Assembly: GCA_002269645.1 (NCBI GenBank)
Contig: NIVC01000460.1
Location: 248,001-312,000 of the forward strand
Source of the DNA: Macrostomum lignano
Lineage: Eukaryota
Direction: 5' to 3'
DNA: 64,000 nucleotides
Shown one piece after another: positions 1 through 12,694 of this stretch; within the stretch, counting starts at the first letter, position 1, and each line of letters begins with the position of its first letter. The notes beneath the pieces are model-generated. The model was given only the letters and a program-made list of their open reading frames with translations, was not told the DNA's origin and made no database searches. The position numbers were made by a program, and so were the translations under genes.

Positions 1-31
1 AGACTTCAGTATCATGAGAGTTGAGCATCAA

Positions 32-228
32 GAGACTCAGTACCCTGAGAGTCTATCATCATGAGACTTCAGTACCCTGAGAGTCTATCATCATGAGACT
101 TCAGTACCCTGAGAGTCTATCATCATGAGACTTCAGTACCCTGAGAGTCTATCATCATGAGACTTCAGTACCCTGAGAGTCTATCATCATGAGACTTCAG
201 TACCCTGAGAGTCTATCATCATGAGACT
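32..228. repeat. Minisatellite, 32-bp unit GAGACTTCAGTACCCTGAGAGTCTATCATCAT, about 6 copies
   Basis: Near-identical tandem units read directly; the array probably continues beyond the window edge. Confidence 0.9.
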
Positions 229-1182
229 TTAAGAAACGGACACTTCTGTAACATAAGACTTCAGTAATATACACTTCAGTATCATGAGACTTCAGTGAAC
301 AAACACCAGTCACTTCAGCAACAGACACTTGAACAGCCAAGCCATTTTCAACCAAACATGCAAATACCTTTGCCATGGGATGCTAGCTAATGCAGTCTGT
401 GTTGATTAATAAATCAGCCATATGCAGTTTCATGCACACGGTTCTGTATCCGCCCCAGCTTCATTCCTTTAGCGCGTAATTACGCACACAGCGAATGCAA
501 AGGGAGAACGACGGCCACAAAGGACCAAAAATCGATGACCTGAATCGAAATTTTTCTCTCTAGAAGTCCTTCTCCAAGCACACCAGGCCAATGCTTGGTC
601 GATGCAGATACAGCTACACCCGGTCTCTGTGATACATGCAGGGTCATATATTATTTCCCCACAGCAAAGCAATAATTAGAGCTAGAATAGTTGACAGGTG
701 AGAATTCTCTCACAAAGAAAAATTGTCTATCATGAAATATTCACAAACACTAAACACTACACTATTATGATTATTTCTTGGATTCTGTTGTAAGGGAAAC
801 AAACAGACAGCAGTGCTGCATTTGGCAACTAATAATATTTACTCTTTTCATTTCATGCCATCTGCATATTTATTGATTTGTATTATTATTGAACAGTCGG
901 ATACAGTAAAACTCATAAGACAATGGCAGTACAGACCGACCATACAAGACAAACAGCAGGCATTTGGCGTAAAGCAAAACAAGAAAACAAGAAGATTACA
1001 AAACAAAACAAGACATATTATAATTGCGACAACAAATTTGAATTGTGTTTTGTTGCATATTTCAACAATAGAGCAATATTTAATGTTTATAAATACAGTC
1101 AAACATTGGAATTTTGTTGATTATTGGACACATTGAGAATCCAAACGCAATGCACATTTTCTATATTTGGAATTTTGCTTAT

Positions 1183-1550
1183 GGGGAGATGAAGGGAGAG
1201 ACGAAGGGAGAAAAAAGGAGAGATAAAGGGAGGGATAAAGAGAGAAAGATGAAGGGATGGATGTAGGGAGAGAGGAAGGGAGAGATGAAGTAGATTAAAG
1301 GGAGATATGAAGCGAGAGAAGGGAGATTAAGGGGAGGGATGGAGGGAGGGATGAAGGGAGAGGTGAAAGGAGATTAAAGGAAGATGAAGGGAGATTCAAG
1401 GGAGAGATAAAGGGAGGAATGAAGGGAAGGATGAATAGAGATAAAAGGAGAGATGAAGGAAGAAATGAAGGGAGATTAAAGGCGGAGATTAAGGGAGGGA
1501 TGAAGGGCGAGATAAAGGGGGGATGAAGGGAGATGAAAGGGAGAGGTGTA
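1183..1550. repeat. Purine-rich low-complexity tract (GAAGGGAGA-like)
   Basis: Degenerate G/A repeats; they explain the spurious ORFs at 1295-1759 and 1533-1823. Confidence 0.75.
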
Positions 1551-2197
1551 TTTTTAGGAGAGGAGATACAAGGAGAGAAGAAAGGGATAAAATGGAGGGA
1601 TATAAGAGAAGCATTAGCCAGCAAGAAGAAGTCAAAACGATGGGGCAACAAGAAGCGAAAGCGAGCACAGAGCAGCGGCTCTATGTTTAACACAGTACTG
1701 CAAACCCGAGCAGACACGAGCAAGCACGCGGGAAAAGCCATATACGGAAATGCTAACAATAACCAAAAAAGAACAGAAAAAAAGCATTTTGACGTAAGCG
1801 GAATTAACGAGATTAGTTTATAGAGATAGGGGAGAGGAGGACACGGGGTCAGGCTGTAACGGTCAGGCCTCTCTGAACTTAATCAATAAAATCAGCACAA
1901 AGGAAGAATTAAGAAAGCGCTCAGATGGCATGCATTGAAATAAAAAGAATGAAACAAAATCCGTTTAATGCTACTGGCATATATTTTACTCAGTAGCTAA
2001 ACGCGAATACAATTGTGTATAATTCTCCTCTATCTTTGCACAAGCAAACAAATTTGAGAGATTTAAATAAATTATCATGCAGAATACAAACAATGAATGG
2101 ATGAATTTACAAGCACACGCAAAATAAGACTGAATTTTCAAGTTGAAATACCTTGCGACTTTTGATTTTCAACTTCTCTATTTAAATTGAAAGTCTT

Positions 2198-2430
2198 AAA
2201 GGCTGCGTACGGCTGTTCAGTCCAGGGACTGGGGGGTCACCAGGGGTCACCACACACACCCTTAATTACCCCAGCTAATGCTGGCACCCATTTTACAGCT
2301 GGGTGAACTGAAGCAATGCAGAGTTAAGCGTCTTGCTCAAGGACACTAATTGTTCGAGTAGTAGGTGGAGAATCGAACCTCCGACCTTTCAGTCGTGAGC
2401 CCAACGATCTAGCCACTAGGCTACAACCAT
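2198..2430 (-). mobile_element. tRNA-derived SINE with CORE-like central domain (family 1)
   Basis: The minus strand has an A box (TAGCCTAGTGG) and a B box (GGTTCGATTC). These are followed by GTGTCCTTGAGCAAGACGCTTAAC...CAGCTGTAAAATGGG, which resembles the MIR/CORE-SINE core. The 3' end GGACTGAACAGCCGTACGCAGCC is shared with the copy at 59129-59332. Confidence 0.8.
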
Positions 2431-2509
2431 CCCCCCTAATTGGACAAGAAAGAAGTTGAAAACCAATAATCTCTAGCTACCGATATGTATCGAAAACAGC
2501 GTACAATCG

Positions 2510-3294
2510 TCACAGCTGATGCCTGTACCGGCACGAGGCGCCCCTGGTGCAGGCCCCCCGGTTCCGGCCGCCGTGGAACCACATCCGGCAGACGCCTCTG
2601 GGCGGATGCTGGAACCGGGGATGATGCGGCAGCTGCACGTGAGGCGGCGGGTGGCTCTGCGCGAACGACGACCCAGATGAGGATGAAGGGCCGCCGCCGC
2701 GGCCGCGACCGGCGCCACGAAAAGGATGCGGCTGATGGTGATGATGATGGTGATGGCCAGGGAATCCGAACGGAGGGCCTCCAGCGGCTGGAGGCGGCGG
2801 CGGAGGCGGCTGCTCAAAGTATTGAGGATTAGCCGCTGACGGTGGCGGCTGTATCGGCGGTTGCGAGGGTGGCCCCGAGGGGAACAGAGAGCGGAGCACC
2901 TGCGGGAACATCCCGCTAGCGGCCAGTTCGCCCCGCAGCGGCTCCAACAGCTGCCTGATCCTTTCCACTGTGAGGTCCTCAGACTGCGCGTGCAGGTCCG
3001 GATAGTGAGACTTAAGCAGATTCCACAGCATCTCTTTCACTGAGCTGCCGCTGCTTGAGGAAGCTGGGGCCGAGTCTGACGATGAAGCCGGCTGAGGCGG
3101 CTGTTGCTGAGGCAGCGGCGGCGGCTGTTGCTGGGGAGGCACTGAACTGCTTAAGCCGGGTGATGCCGCCGATATGCTGCTGGTAACCTGCTTCAGGATG
3201 TCCGCAATCTGTTGGGTATAGACAGGTGCACATAGGTATATTTAGGGTCTGAGAAATTACAGACAGACAGACAGACAGACAAACAAACAGACAA

Positions 3295-3335
<41 letters not shown>

Positions 3336-6003
3336 TACAAAAAGACACAGACAGACAGACAGACAGACAGACAGAGAGACAGACAGACAGAAAGACAGAA
3401 AGACAGACAAACAGACACTAAGACACAGACAGACAGACAGACAGACACACAGACAGGCAGACACTAAGACACAGACAGACAGACAAAGACAGACAGACAG
3501 CCAATCAAAGCAGGGTGCCACTCACCTCAGGCTTCAAGGAGATGCCGCCGCCACCCCCAGAGATGTCGCCAACAGCCAGCAGCTGATGACTGGCGGACTC
3601 AGTCGGCACCGCTGAAGTCGCTACTGCTGGCCCGTTGCTACTAGAAGTAGCAGCAGAAATTGCAGACGTAGCCGCTACTATTGCAGCAGAACTGGCAGTG
3701 GTTATTGTTGCAGAAATTGGGGCGCCAGTAGACAGCGCAGAAGCAGCCGCCTCTGTGGCCGCCGCCGCATCGGAGGGGTCGCTGGTCTCAGCTGCCGCCT
3801 CGCCGCCAGAGGATGTCGGAGCCGCACTTGCCGAGGTCGCGTTCTCTAGGGGAATAATGATGGGCTCTTCGGCGTCGAAATGCTCAACATCCGGCTCGGT
3901 GGCGCTGGCGGGAGTGGTGTCCAAGCTGAAGTAAATCACCTGCAGCATGGTCTCCTGCCGCTTGGCCTGCTTGGCCCGCTCCGTTGACTTTGCGCCCGAT
4001 CTGAAGGTTAGGGATTTTCGGGGTGCCCATTTAGAATCCCACATCCTTTTCCTTATCTAGAATCCCACATCCTTTTCCTTATCTAGAATCCCACATCCTC
4101 TTCCCCATCTAGAATCCCACATCCTTTTCCTATCTAGAATCCCACATTCTCTTCCCCATCTAGAATCCCACATTCTCTTCCCCATCTAGAATCCCACATT
4201 CTCTTCCCCATCTAGAATCCCACATTCTCTTCCCCATCTAGAATCCCACATCCTCTTCCCCATCTAGAATCCCACATTTTCTTCCCCATCTAAAATTCCA
4301 CATCCTCATCCCGTTTCAGAATCCCATCCTGCTCGCCACTCAGAATCCCATCCTGCTCGCCACTTAGAATCCCATCCTGCTCGCCACTTAGAATCCCATC
4401 CAGCTCGCCACTCAGAATCCTATCCTATTCCAGACGAACTCGGACAGACCCATAAAAAGATAGAAAGCAGCCAGGTGGCGCACCTATACGAGGCTGTGTA
4501 CTCAGGCATGCCGTGAATCCGGTGCGGCTTATACCACACAATAGCTTTAGCAACATCCGCTCCGAAGTCATCCGAACCGGAAGCGCCGCCTCGCCTGGCT
4601 CTGGTGAGCAACTCGCACTCGCGCTCGTGCTCCCGCCTGGCCATCTCCTCGACGCTGGAGCCGCTGGCATCGGCGCCGCCGGGAAGCTGCGGCGCAGACG
4701 AAATTGCCGACCGCCTCTCGGATGGGTCCAACTCAAAGTAAAAGACCTGCTCCAGAGCGTCGAAATGAGCCCAGGTGACTCGTTTTCGTTTGCTTTGCTG
4801 CTGTTGCTTTTGCGTCTGTTGCTCTTGAGCTTGCTCAGATTGCTTATCTTTCTGCTTCTTAGACTGGGCCTGCTTTGCACCGATTGGTTCAGCTGCGGCT
4901 TCCGGCTTCTCTGCTTTAACCGGCGCAGAAGCAGCAGACCCGTCCGAAACAGCAGACGGTGCTCGTTTTTTTCTAACAATTTTTGGCAAAGAGGACCGAC
5001 AAACGCCGAATAGCGAGTCCATGAGGAACTGGGAGCCGTCGGTTGACACGCCAGCAGGCTTCGCTACTGCAGCAGAGGAAGGAGAGGTTGGAGACGGCTT
5101 GGACGGAGGGACAGCGATCGGGTCCGCTTCTAAAGAGCTCGTCGGCCGAACTTCGATAGACGAGTGAATGGACTCGAGGTCGTTCTGCTGCTCTAATCTG
5201 GCCCGTTTTGCAGGCTTGCCAGATGAGGCGAACGCGGCAGAAGAAGCCAATTCTCCAGATAACTGTTTCTGTTGTTTTCTTTTAGATCCTGCCGGCTGCT
5301 GCTGGTCTTCAGACACCAACTCGTCCAAAGCCAGCAGGTTGGTATCGCGAAATGTTGCTGGCGCGGTTCTCACGGTGGAGGGCACCGACTGCTGGCGAAC
5401 TGACTCGGCCTCTCTATCCGGCTTCTCTTTTTTAGACTTCTTCTTTTTCTCTTTTTTGTCTTTCTTCTTTTTCTGTCGGCTAGTCGAAGACGCGGCATCT
5501 TCTGAGATGTCGTCGCCGCTTTCCGGGGCGGTGGCCGCAACCGCAGCAGCGGCCTCCTGCTCTGCGGCAGCCTTGATGCAGGCCAGCCACCGCTCCACCA
5601 CATTGGCAGCCAGCGGTGCCAGCTCCGAGTCAGCTGATTTGGCAATCTGCTTTACCACCTTGGCAGTGTTGTTGGCCTGCAGCATGTCAACGCCTACAGG
5701 CAAGCGGAGGAACACATCCAGCAAGAGTTTCTGCAAGGCGACGTTTGTTTCTGAGCAGGCTGTGTTAAGCCAATCATTGAGCATCTGCCAGCCGCCTTGA
5801 CGGCAAAACTCCGATAGCAGGCTGGAGTCTTCGGTGATCTTCAATATGTTGAGCATGATAGCCTTGCTAACCAGCTTGCTGGCCCGTTGCATCACGGCGT
5901 GCAGCTTGGCGACGGAGTCGCGCGATCGAATACCGCCGCGGTCATCGATGAGGCCCTCGCGGGCCAGCTGTCTGAAGAATTCCAAATGCTGGGCTTCCGA
6001 TTC
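2510..6003 (-). CDS. PPP1R10: PNUTS / protein phosphatase 1 regulatory subunit 10 homolog; exons 6003-4484, 4000-3526, 3208-2510 (897 codons plus stop; start codon unresolved)
   Basis: The N-terminal TFIIS-N-like domain ([10 protein letters not shown]...[22 protein letters not shown]) matches PNUTS. The PP1-docking motif [23 protein letters not shown] and the segment [14 protein letters not shown]...EPDVE...PIIIPLE also match, and the protein ends in a CCCH zinc finger ([24 protein letters not shown]). Splice phases (2, 0) are consistent at GT/AG junctions. Confidence 0.93.
3260..3500. repeat. (GACA)n microsatellite with GACACTAA variant units, in a PNUTS intron
   Basis: Direct reading; lies inside intron 3525-3209. 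Confidence 0.9.
4030..4425. repeat. Minisatellite, about 22-24-bp units (TAGAATCCCACATCCTCTTCCCCATC grading into AGAATCCCATCCTGCTCGCCACT), in a PNUTS intron
   Basis: Tandem units fill intron 4483-4001. Confidence 0.88.
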
Positions 6004-7030
6004 CTGCAATTTATTTGCGTTTAGATCGAGAATTTTTCATTATATATTCTATACTGGCCTACTTATAAACTTACTAAGTAGTGTAAATAGAGTTTTATCT
6101 ATTATTTAGCTAAATACAGAAAATCCATAGCTAGGTTAACAGATTCAGCAAAATGTCGGGACCATTTATCGAATTAAAAGCTACTAATTTAATTCAGATA
6201 AATAGCAAATTTCAATCCGCGAATTAGTCCCAGGCAGAACCATATTTTTTATAATCTGGCACGCAATCTACTCCCGAACTTACTCCACAATGCTAACAGG
6301 AGTAACGGGTTTTAATTTATTTTTGCGTGCATATTCGTGGCTTCAATTCGTTAATATTTTACTTTTTTCTTGGCTTTAGATCTTTACTGACAACAATAAC
6401 ATATTTTTATGTAATCACTATTTCATATTGGAAGACAAATTTATTTGAACTCATGGCACGCAGCCACAGCGTGTGTTGCAGCGGTGTGGAATGTTAAAAC
6501 AAGCGGAAGCTCCCCGCTATTTTTGGTCGCGCGCGTTAATTCCTCATAAATCAATAAATATAGATTGATGCAATAATTATTGATGGAATATATAGTGTCA
6601 CAGCTACGTATATAAACTTTATAGTAGGCACCATTAGAAGCTTTAAAAATTATTAATGAAAATGGAAGGATTAAATATGTACAAAGACACTGTACTTACT
6701 GATAGGGTTGTAAGTGTAAAACCCCATCGTGATATTACAAAAATTTACCAATTCAGCATGATAGGAAGCAACAAATGTAAACAGTGAGCATTTATTAGGT
6801 TGGAATGTGATTATAAAAAAATATACATTAGAAGCAAGATGCAAACAAACAAACTTAGTTGAACGAAATAAAACTTGATGTAATTTTGCTTTCAAAATTT
6901 CATTTTTATATCAGATAGAAGCGGTTAGGGTCATGAACTAACATGCTCAAATGTTGTTGTTGTTCTCAAACTGACTTATTCTTTAAAGTTTGTTGTAAAC
7001 AAAACAAAATAGAAAAGTGGTCGCACAGAA

Positions 7031-10000
7031 TCACGACACCAGCTTATCGGTGGTCAGCCAGACTGCAGCTAAGCCGGATGAAGCAGCGATCAGCAGCCAC
7101 TTGGACCAGCTGGCAGCACTGAACAGTCCACTAGCGCCATTACAGCCGTGCTTATTTTTGCAATGACAATAGCGCATCTTCACTCGCAGAGTGCCCAGCC
7201 GTTCGGTGCACCAGCGGCCCTCCTCTTGGCCAATTTCGCCGTGCACCGCGCAGTCGCGAATGTACCGCCGATCCCAGGCGCCGTCGAAATAGGCTGGCGA
7301 GGGGGGGGGGGGGTTGCGGTCGGCTGGGTCACTGATTTATACTAATTTGATTTCTATAAGTATAATATATTGCACAACTGATGCTACGCAACTCTTAAAG
7401 ACGACTGGCCCCTTGAGATATGACATTCAACATTTTCTAGACATGACACAATGACATCCCCCATTCCTAGACATCATGACATTCCTCATTTCTAGACATC
7501 ATGACATTATCCATTTCTAGACAAGATAGTCTTCATTTCGAGACATCATGACATTATCCATTTCTAGACAAGATAGTCCTCAGTTCTAGACATCATGACA
7601 TTATCCATTTCTAGACAAGATAGTCCTCAGTTCTAGACATCATGACATTATCCATTTCTAGACAAGATAGTCCTCATTTCTAGACATCATGACATTATCC
7701 ATTTCTAGACAAGATAGTCTTCATTTTGAGACATCATGACATTATCCATTTCTAGACAAGATAGTCCTCATTTCTAGACATCATGACATTATCCATTTCT
7801 AGACAAGATAGTCCTCATTTCTAGACATCATGACATTATCCATTTCTAGACAAGATAGTCCTCATTTCTAGACATCATGACATCCATTTCTAGACAAGAT
7901 AGTCCTCATTTCTAGACATCATGACATTCCTCATTTCGAGACATCATGACATTATCCATTTCTAGACAAGATAGTCCTCATTTCTAGACAAGATAGTCCT
8001 CATTTCTAGACAAGATAGTCCTCATTTCTAGACAAGATAGTCCTCATTTCTAGACAAGATAGTCCTCATTTCTAGACATCATGACATTATCCATTTCTAG
8101 ACAAGATAGTCCTCATTTCTAGACATCATGACATTATCCATTTCTAGACAAGATAGAGTTCTCATTTCTAGACATCATGACATTATCCATTTCTAGACAA
8201 GATAGAGTTCTCATTTCTAGACATCATGACATTATTCATTTCTAGACAAGATAGAGTTTTCATTTCTAGACATCATGACTGAAAGTAGCTTGCACGCAAA
8301 TGTGCTGAGTGGCCCATTTAGTTTTTCTAGTATCTGTGATGTTTCGTTAAGTAACTTTGACTTTTGAGTCGCGTCATGACATTACCCAGTTCTAGACATC
8401 TCATGACATTCCCAATTTATTGATACCATTACATTTCCCAGACATGAAATTTCGCATTTCTAGATAAGACATTGACTATTCTAGACATCATGACATTGCC
8501 CGTAATTTAGTTGTACAAAGCAGACACTTACTCTCTTGAATAATTTTGCGACACATGGTGTAGTTCTTATCTCCGGGGCACGGTTCAATCAGTCTGGTCC
8601 GATTGTCGAAGAAGTCAGCACAGCGATGGTCCAGGAATGAGTTGCAGATGTAGCAGTGGAAGACTGTGTTGTTAATCATGGCTAAATAAGGATTAAAAGA
8701 ATTGAATAATTTGTATGACATTGCTGTATTAGTTTAGAATTAGTTATACACAATTTGGCCTACAGTTTATTTAATTTATAATCATGAGAATAGTTCCATA
8801 TTTTTGTATATTGCTTCTCTGTAGTCTATAGTCAAAATGGCTTAAAATTAAATATAGTTTGCATTAATAATATATTACAAATAAGCTACAAATCTACATA
8901 GAGGGCCATGGCCTAAGCTTAAAAAATTGCACAGTCATTAATTTGGGGTTAAATTGGAATCATGGCCTTGGTCTGCTTGTAGAACTAATTCCTTAGGGAG
9001 ATAGCTCCCTAAGACACATGCCTAATGAATAATGATAATAAAGTTAAATCCATTTTACATGACTATGTGTATACATAAACAATACACATCTATGTACTTG
9101 CATGTCGATTAAGAGAGCTGGAAATTTGGACAATAATGCTAGATTATTGACATACACTAGTAAGACACTAGTGATCTTAAAGTTTGCTTTTAAAGATCAC
9201 TAGTCTACACAATTACTAGTAAAACAATTTGTTAAAGTCCAAATTAAAAGCCAATTAAACTTCCAATTAAAAGCCTTGTTAAAAATAGAATTAGACCACA
9301 ATAATGAGTTATGAATTAGTAATTACATTATTATCATTTATTTAATAAGTATTCCCAATTAGACACTCTACAAAAAGATTGAAATTGTTTAATTTGTCTT
9401 TCTTTGCTAAAACCAATTGATTAAACCAGCACACATTTTATTAAACTTTTTCTTAGAAAAATAAATTAAATGTCAATAAGCTATACTCTTGATAACATTT
9501 AAGTGGAAAGACCTAGGGACAAGGACTCAAACAAAATTTTTGGCACCACAAACAACAAACAGTTAGGATGGTGGGGGGGCTTAAGTTAAGAGGAATGAAG
9601 CCAATAGAGAAGCCCCCTAGCATCTATCACTATCTAGATTGCTATCACTATCACTATCTAGAAGGCTAGATTGCAAAGGAAAGAAGGCTTCTTAGAAATC
9701 AACTAATGAGTAGGCCATTGCCCTTGCAGATCTTGGTAAGAATAAGAGATTTTGTTACTTTGGCTATTTAACAATATGAGAAAAAGAGAAAGGGAGAAAA
9801 TAGTAAGAAGGGAAAAGAAGAGAAAGGAAAGAGGAAATAAAGAAGGGAAATGGGGTGGAGAAGAGAGGGAAGAAAGGATAAAAAAGATAACATTTGCCTT
9901 TGGCCTAGCCAATATAGTCCCTGCAGCTTAAGCAATACTAGTATTTCATGTAGTGGCTTAAGGTGCATCCTTGTATAGAATGTGGCATTAATAGAGATTG

Positions 10001-12694
10001 GACAAAATCTTGATTAATATTCAAGATTTAGATTTTTTTTCTTGATTGAATTTTTAAAAAATGTTCATTTTTTTAACTGTCCCAAGAATCTAATCAATTC
10101 AAAATAAATCAAATTAGTGCCAAAAAGTCAACTTATTTTAGTGTCACCTATATTAAAGGATTTAGCTAAGTGTTTGGAAAATGATGCACCCTAAAAGTCT
10201 AATGTTTTTATGAATTAAAGTTGTGATTTTTAACAAAAATGCATAAAGTTTACTTTTGCTTTTCATATATATAAAACATTGTACAAATGGAATTGCTATT
10301 TTTATTTTTAGCTTTGTTTTATTTGAATTAAATATCTTGAAATCTCAATCAAATCTTGTATCATATCATCAAAAATATTGAATTTCAAGTCTTGAAAATT
10401 CAATATTGTCTGACCTGAGTCTAGAAATTAGTCTCCCTGTTTAGAGTATTATAAACACTCCAAACGCTATATATAACATGACACCACATAAGTAGCATCT
10501 AGCTGCCTCTCCAAGGTGTCTATTAGGTCTCTGTCCTAGTGTTATACTAGTTATAGAAAGTTTACTAGCTATGGATATTGATACAGATAGGCTATAGAAA
10601 GATTTTTGATATATGGCTACACCTACAAATATAAATTTAGAAAAAAATTGATTGTAATATAGTAATGCTAATGCAAACTTCCTATTAAAAACATTCTACA
10701 TTAGCATTTACCATGGCTACTCAAACTTTTCTATTTGTTTCTTCTGTTCTTAGTTATACATATACATGCGCAACTTTCAAAATTCAGTTGGCTTTGCAAC
10801 TTATATGTAAAAGAAACCCTAAAGCAAAATTAACACAACTTTGGATAAATGCAAGAGTAACTATGACTGTCTTATTAAGGCAAAATGCCTTATAATATTC
10901 TTAGTATACTTGGGGGTATTTATTCAGGTAGGCATTTTTGCGACTTACCTTGGTTGGCTGCCAAATTAGTCAACTAGATTGGCTGACTTGGACAACTATT
11001 ACGCATGTATGGTTATACATTTAAAATATCAATGAAACTTTTTGCATTATATTTTCTTTTTAGGATAAAACCTAAAACTTTTAACTTTTTAATTACTAAA
11101 CTAATTTTTATTGATAAGCATTTGCTTAATGATGACTTATATAGTTGAAATATGTTACTTTTGGATTACAATTGTTTTGGTGATAAGATGTTTTGGTGAC
11201 AATCATTTTGGTAACAAGCAAAAATCATTTCAGTGATAATAAAAACACCCTTTTGGTGATAGCCATTGTAGTTATAAGCAAAAAATTATCTTGCTAATTA
11301 TAATTGATATGAAACCCAAATTTTTGAAATTGTAAAATATTTATATTTAATTTAGCTTATTTATTTTTATAGAGTTGCAATGTTTAGAATTTGTACATTT
11401 TCCAAATCCAAGGTATAATATATTTCTTTGTCAGTTATGATATATCTATGCTTTTTTTTCAGGTTAGCATTTCATGATGAGGATCCTTGATTATGTTTAT
11501 GGTTTTTGTCTAAATCTTCTAAGAAAATTAAAAATGATCTACACAAAAAACAATAATCAATATAATTATTTTTTTCAATTTCTTAAAAACAATAGCCCTT
11601 TAAAATATAAATATTAAAGCTTTTGATAGATTTATTTAAAAATATATACAAAATTAATCTTAAGAAAAATTACAAACTAATATTTATGAAGCACCTCCTC
11701 GTGCATTTTTGTTTAAGCATTTAAACAAATCTTTGCATGCATCAATTTTGCATTGTAAATAGTATAGCCAGAAAACAGAAAAATTAACCAAATTAACTAA
11801 ATTAATGGTCAATAAGTGTCTATTACACAATTTAAAAAAGTCATTTATTGTTGCAGGTAAAAAAGGTCATTTATTATCACAACACCAGCATAGTTTTGAT
11901 AATAGATATACACTCAATTTTTTTGGCATGTACTTGTAACTATTCAATTTTGTTTAATAGGCATATACCCAGCATGATTCAGACTATGGACTAAAATGAC
12001 TATGGGTATTAAATCTTTAATTTTTTTACAAAAGGTTAAATGTGTCTGTCACAGAAGAAACTTATCACCAAAATGACTTGTCATTGAAATGACTGGCACC
12101 CGTTACTTTAGTTTTGCATTAAAAAGGATCACAAAAATGTTGATCTTGTCATTTATTACTTTATAAGACACAAAAAGTTTTGTAAATTGTATATTATTTG
12201 ACCAGTTTTCAAAAGGTGTCATTTTACTCATGCAAATGACATTTATCAAATAAAAAAAGATTTAAAACTATAATTTACTTTAAAAATCTAATTGGAGCCC
12301 TAGATCTAAGACCAAATGAGTATTTATATTATTATTGTTGTTGTTATTAGGCCTAGTATTATGCTCTATGACTATAGGAACTTTTACAGCTTTTTAAAGT
12401 CCTTAATTTTTTCAATCAACTCACTCAAATTGCTAAGTAACGTGAAGATTTTGGTATATGACAAAATTGCTACTAGTCTCAAATTGGAATTAAAAAATGC
12501 AACTACAAGGCAACAAATAGTTTGATCTCCTAACTTTTTGATAAAAATAATTCGGTGTCTAGTACCTTGTAAAGGAATACAGATTTTTAATAGTGGTATG
12601 CAGAAAACTTACATGGAATTCCCGATCCAATTCTAATTTGTGCTTGTGCAGACGAGGCTGCGAGCATGACTCCTACAAAAACAAGCCAAAACAT
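7031..12694 (-). CDS. GPI-anchored Ly6/uPAR three-finger protein, crooked/quiver-like; exons 12694-12613, 8681-8532, 7293-7031 (164 aa)
   Basis: Signal-peptide exon MFWLVFVGVMLAASSAQA ends in a GTAAGT donor. The Cys pattern CYICNS..RCADFF..C..TMCRKIIQ..YIRDC..C..R.GT..YCHC....GCNGA closely follows Drosophila Crooked-type Ly6 proteins, and the hydrophobic C-terminus fits a GPI signal. Both introns are phase 1. Confidence 0.88.
7435..8280. repeat. Composite minisatellite built of TTTCTAGACATCATGACATTATCCA and TTTCTAGACAAGATAGTCCTCA subunits (about 47-bp higher-order unit)
   Basis: Tandem units in the last Ly6 intron; degenerate copies trail to about 8495. Confidence 0.9.
8900..9020 (+). mobile_element. 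Degenerate fragment of SINE family 2
   Basis: CAGTCATTAATTTGGGGTTAAATTGGAATCATGGCCTTGGTCTGCT aligns with the body of the copies at 14352-14640 and 15165-15464. Confidence 0.55.
11150..12105. mobile_element. Candidate degenerate foldback/MITE with subterminal TTTTGGTGATAAG repeats
   Basis: Several TTTTGGTGA(T/C)AA motifs at 11165-11260 are mirrored by CTTATCACCAAAATGAC...GACTGGCACCCG at 12061-12102. The interior is AT-rich and the left outer end is not recognisable. Confidence 0.4.

Noticed and set aside
469-1136. Short Cys-rich and AT-rich ORFs near the window start
   Set aside because: No homology cue, codon bias or consistent splice structure.
4425-5800. Alternative-frame and antisense ORFs within the large PNUTS exon (also within FSTL-like and channel exons)
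   Set aside because: Shadow ORFs expected from GC-rich coding sequence.
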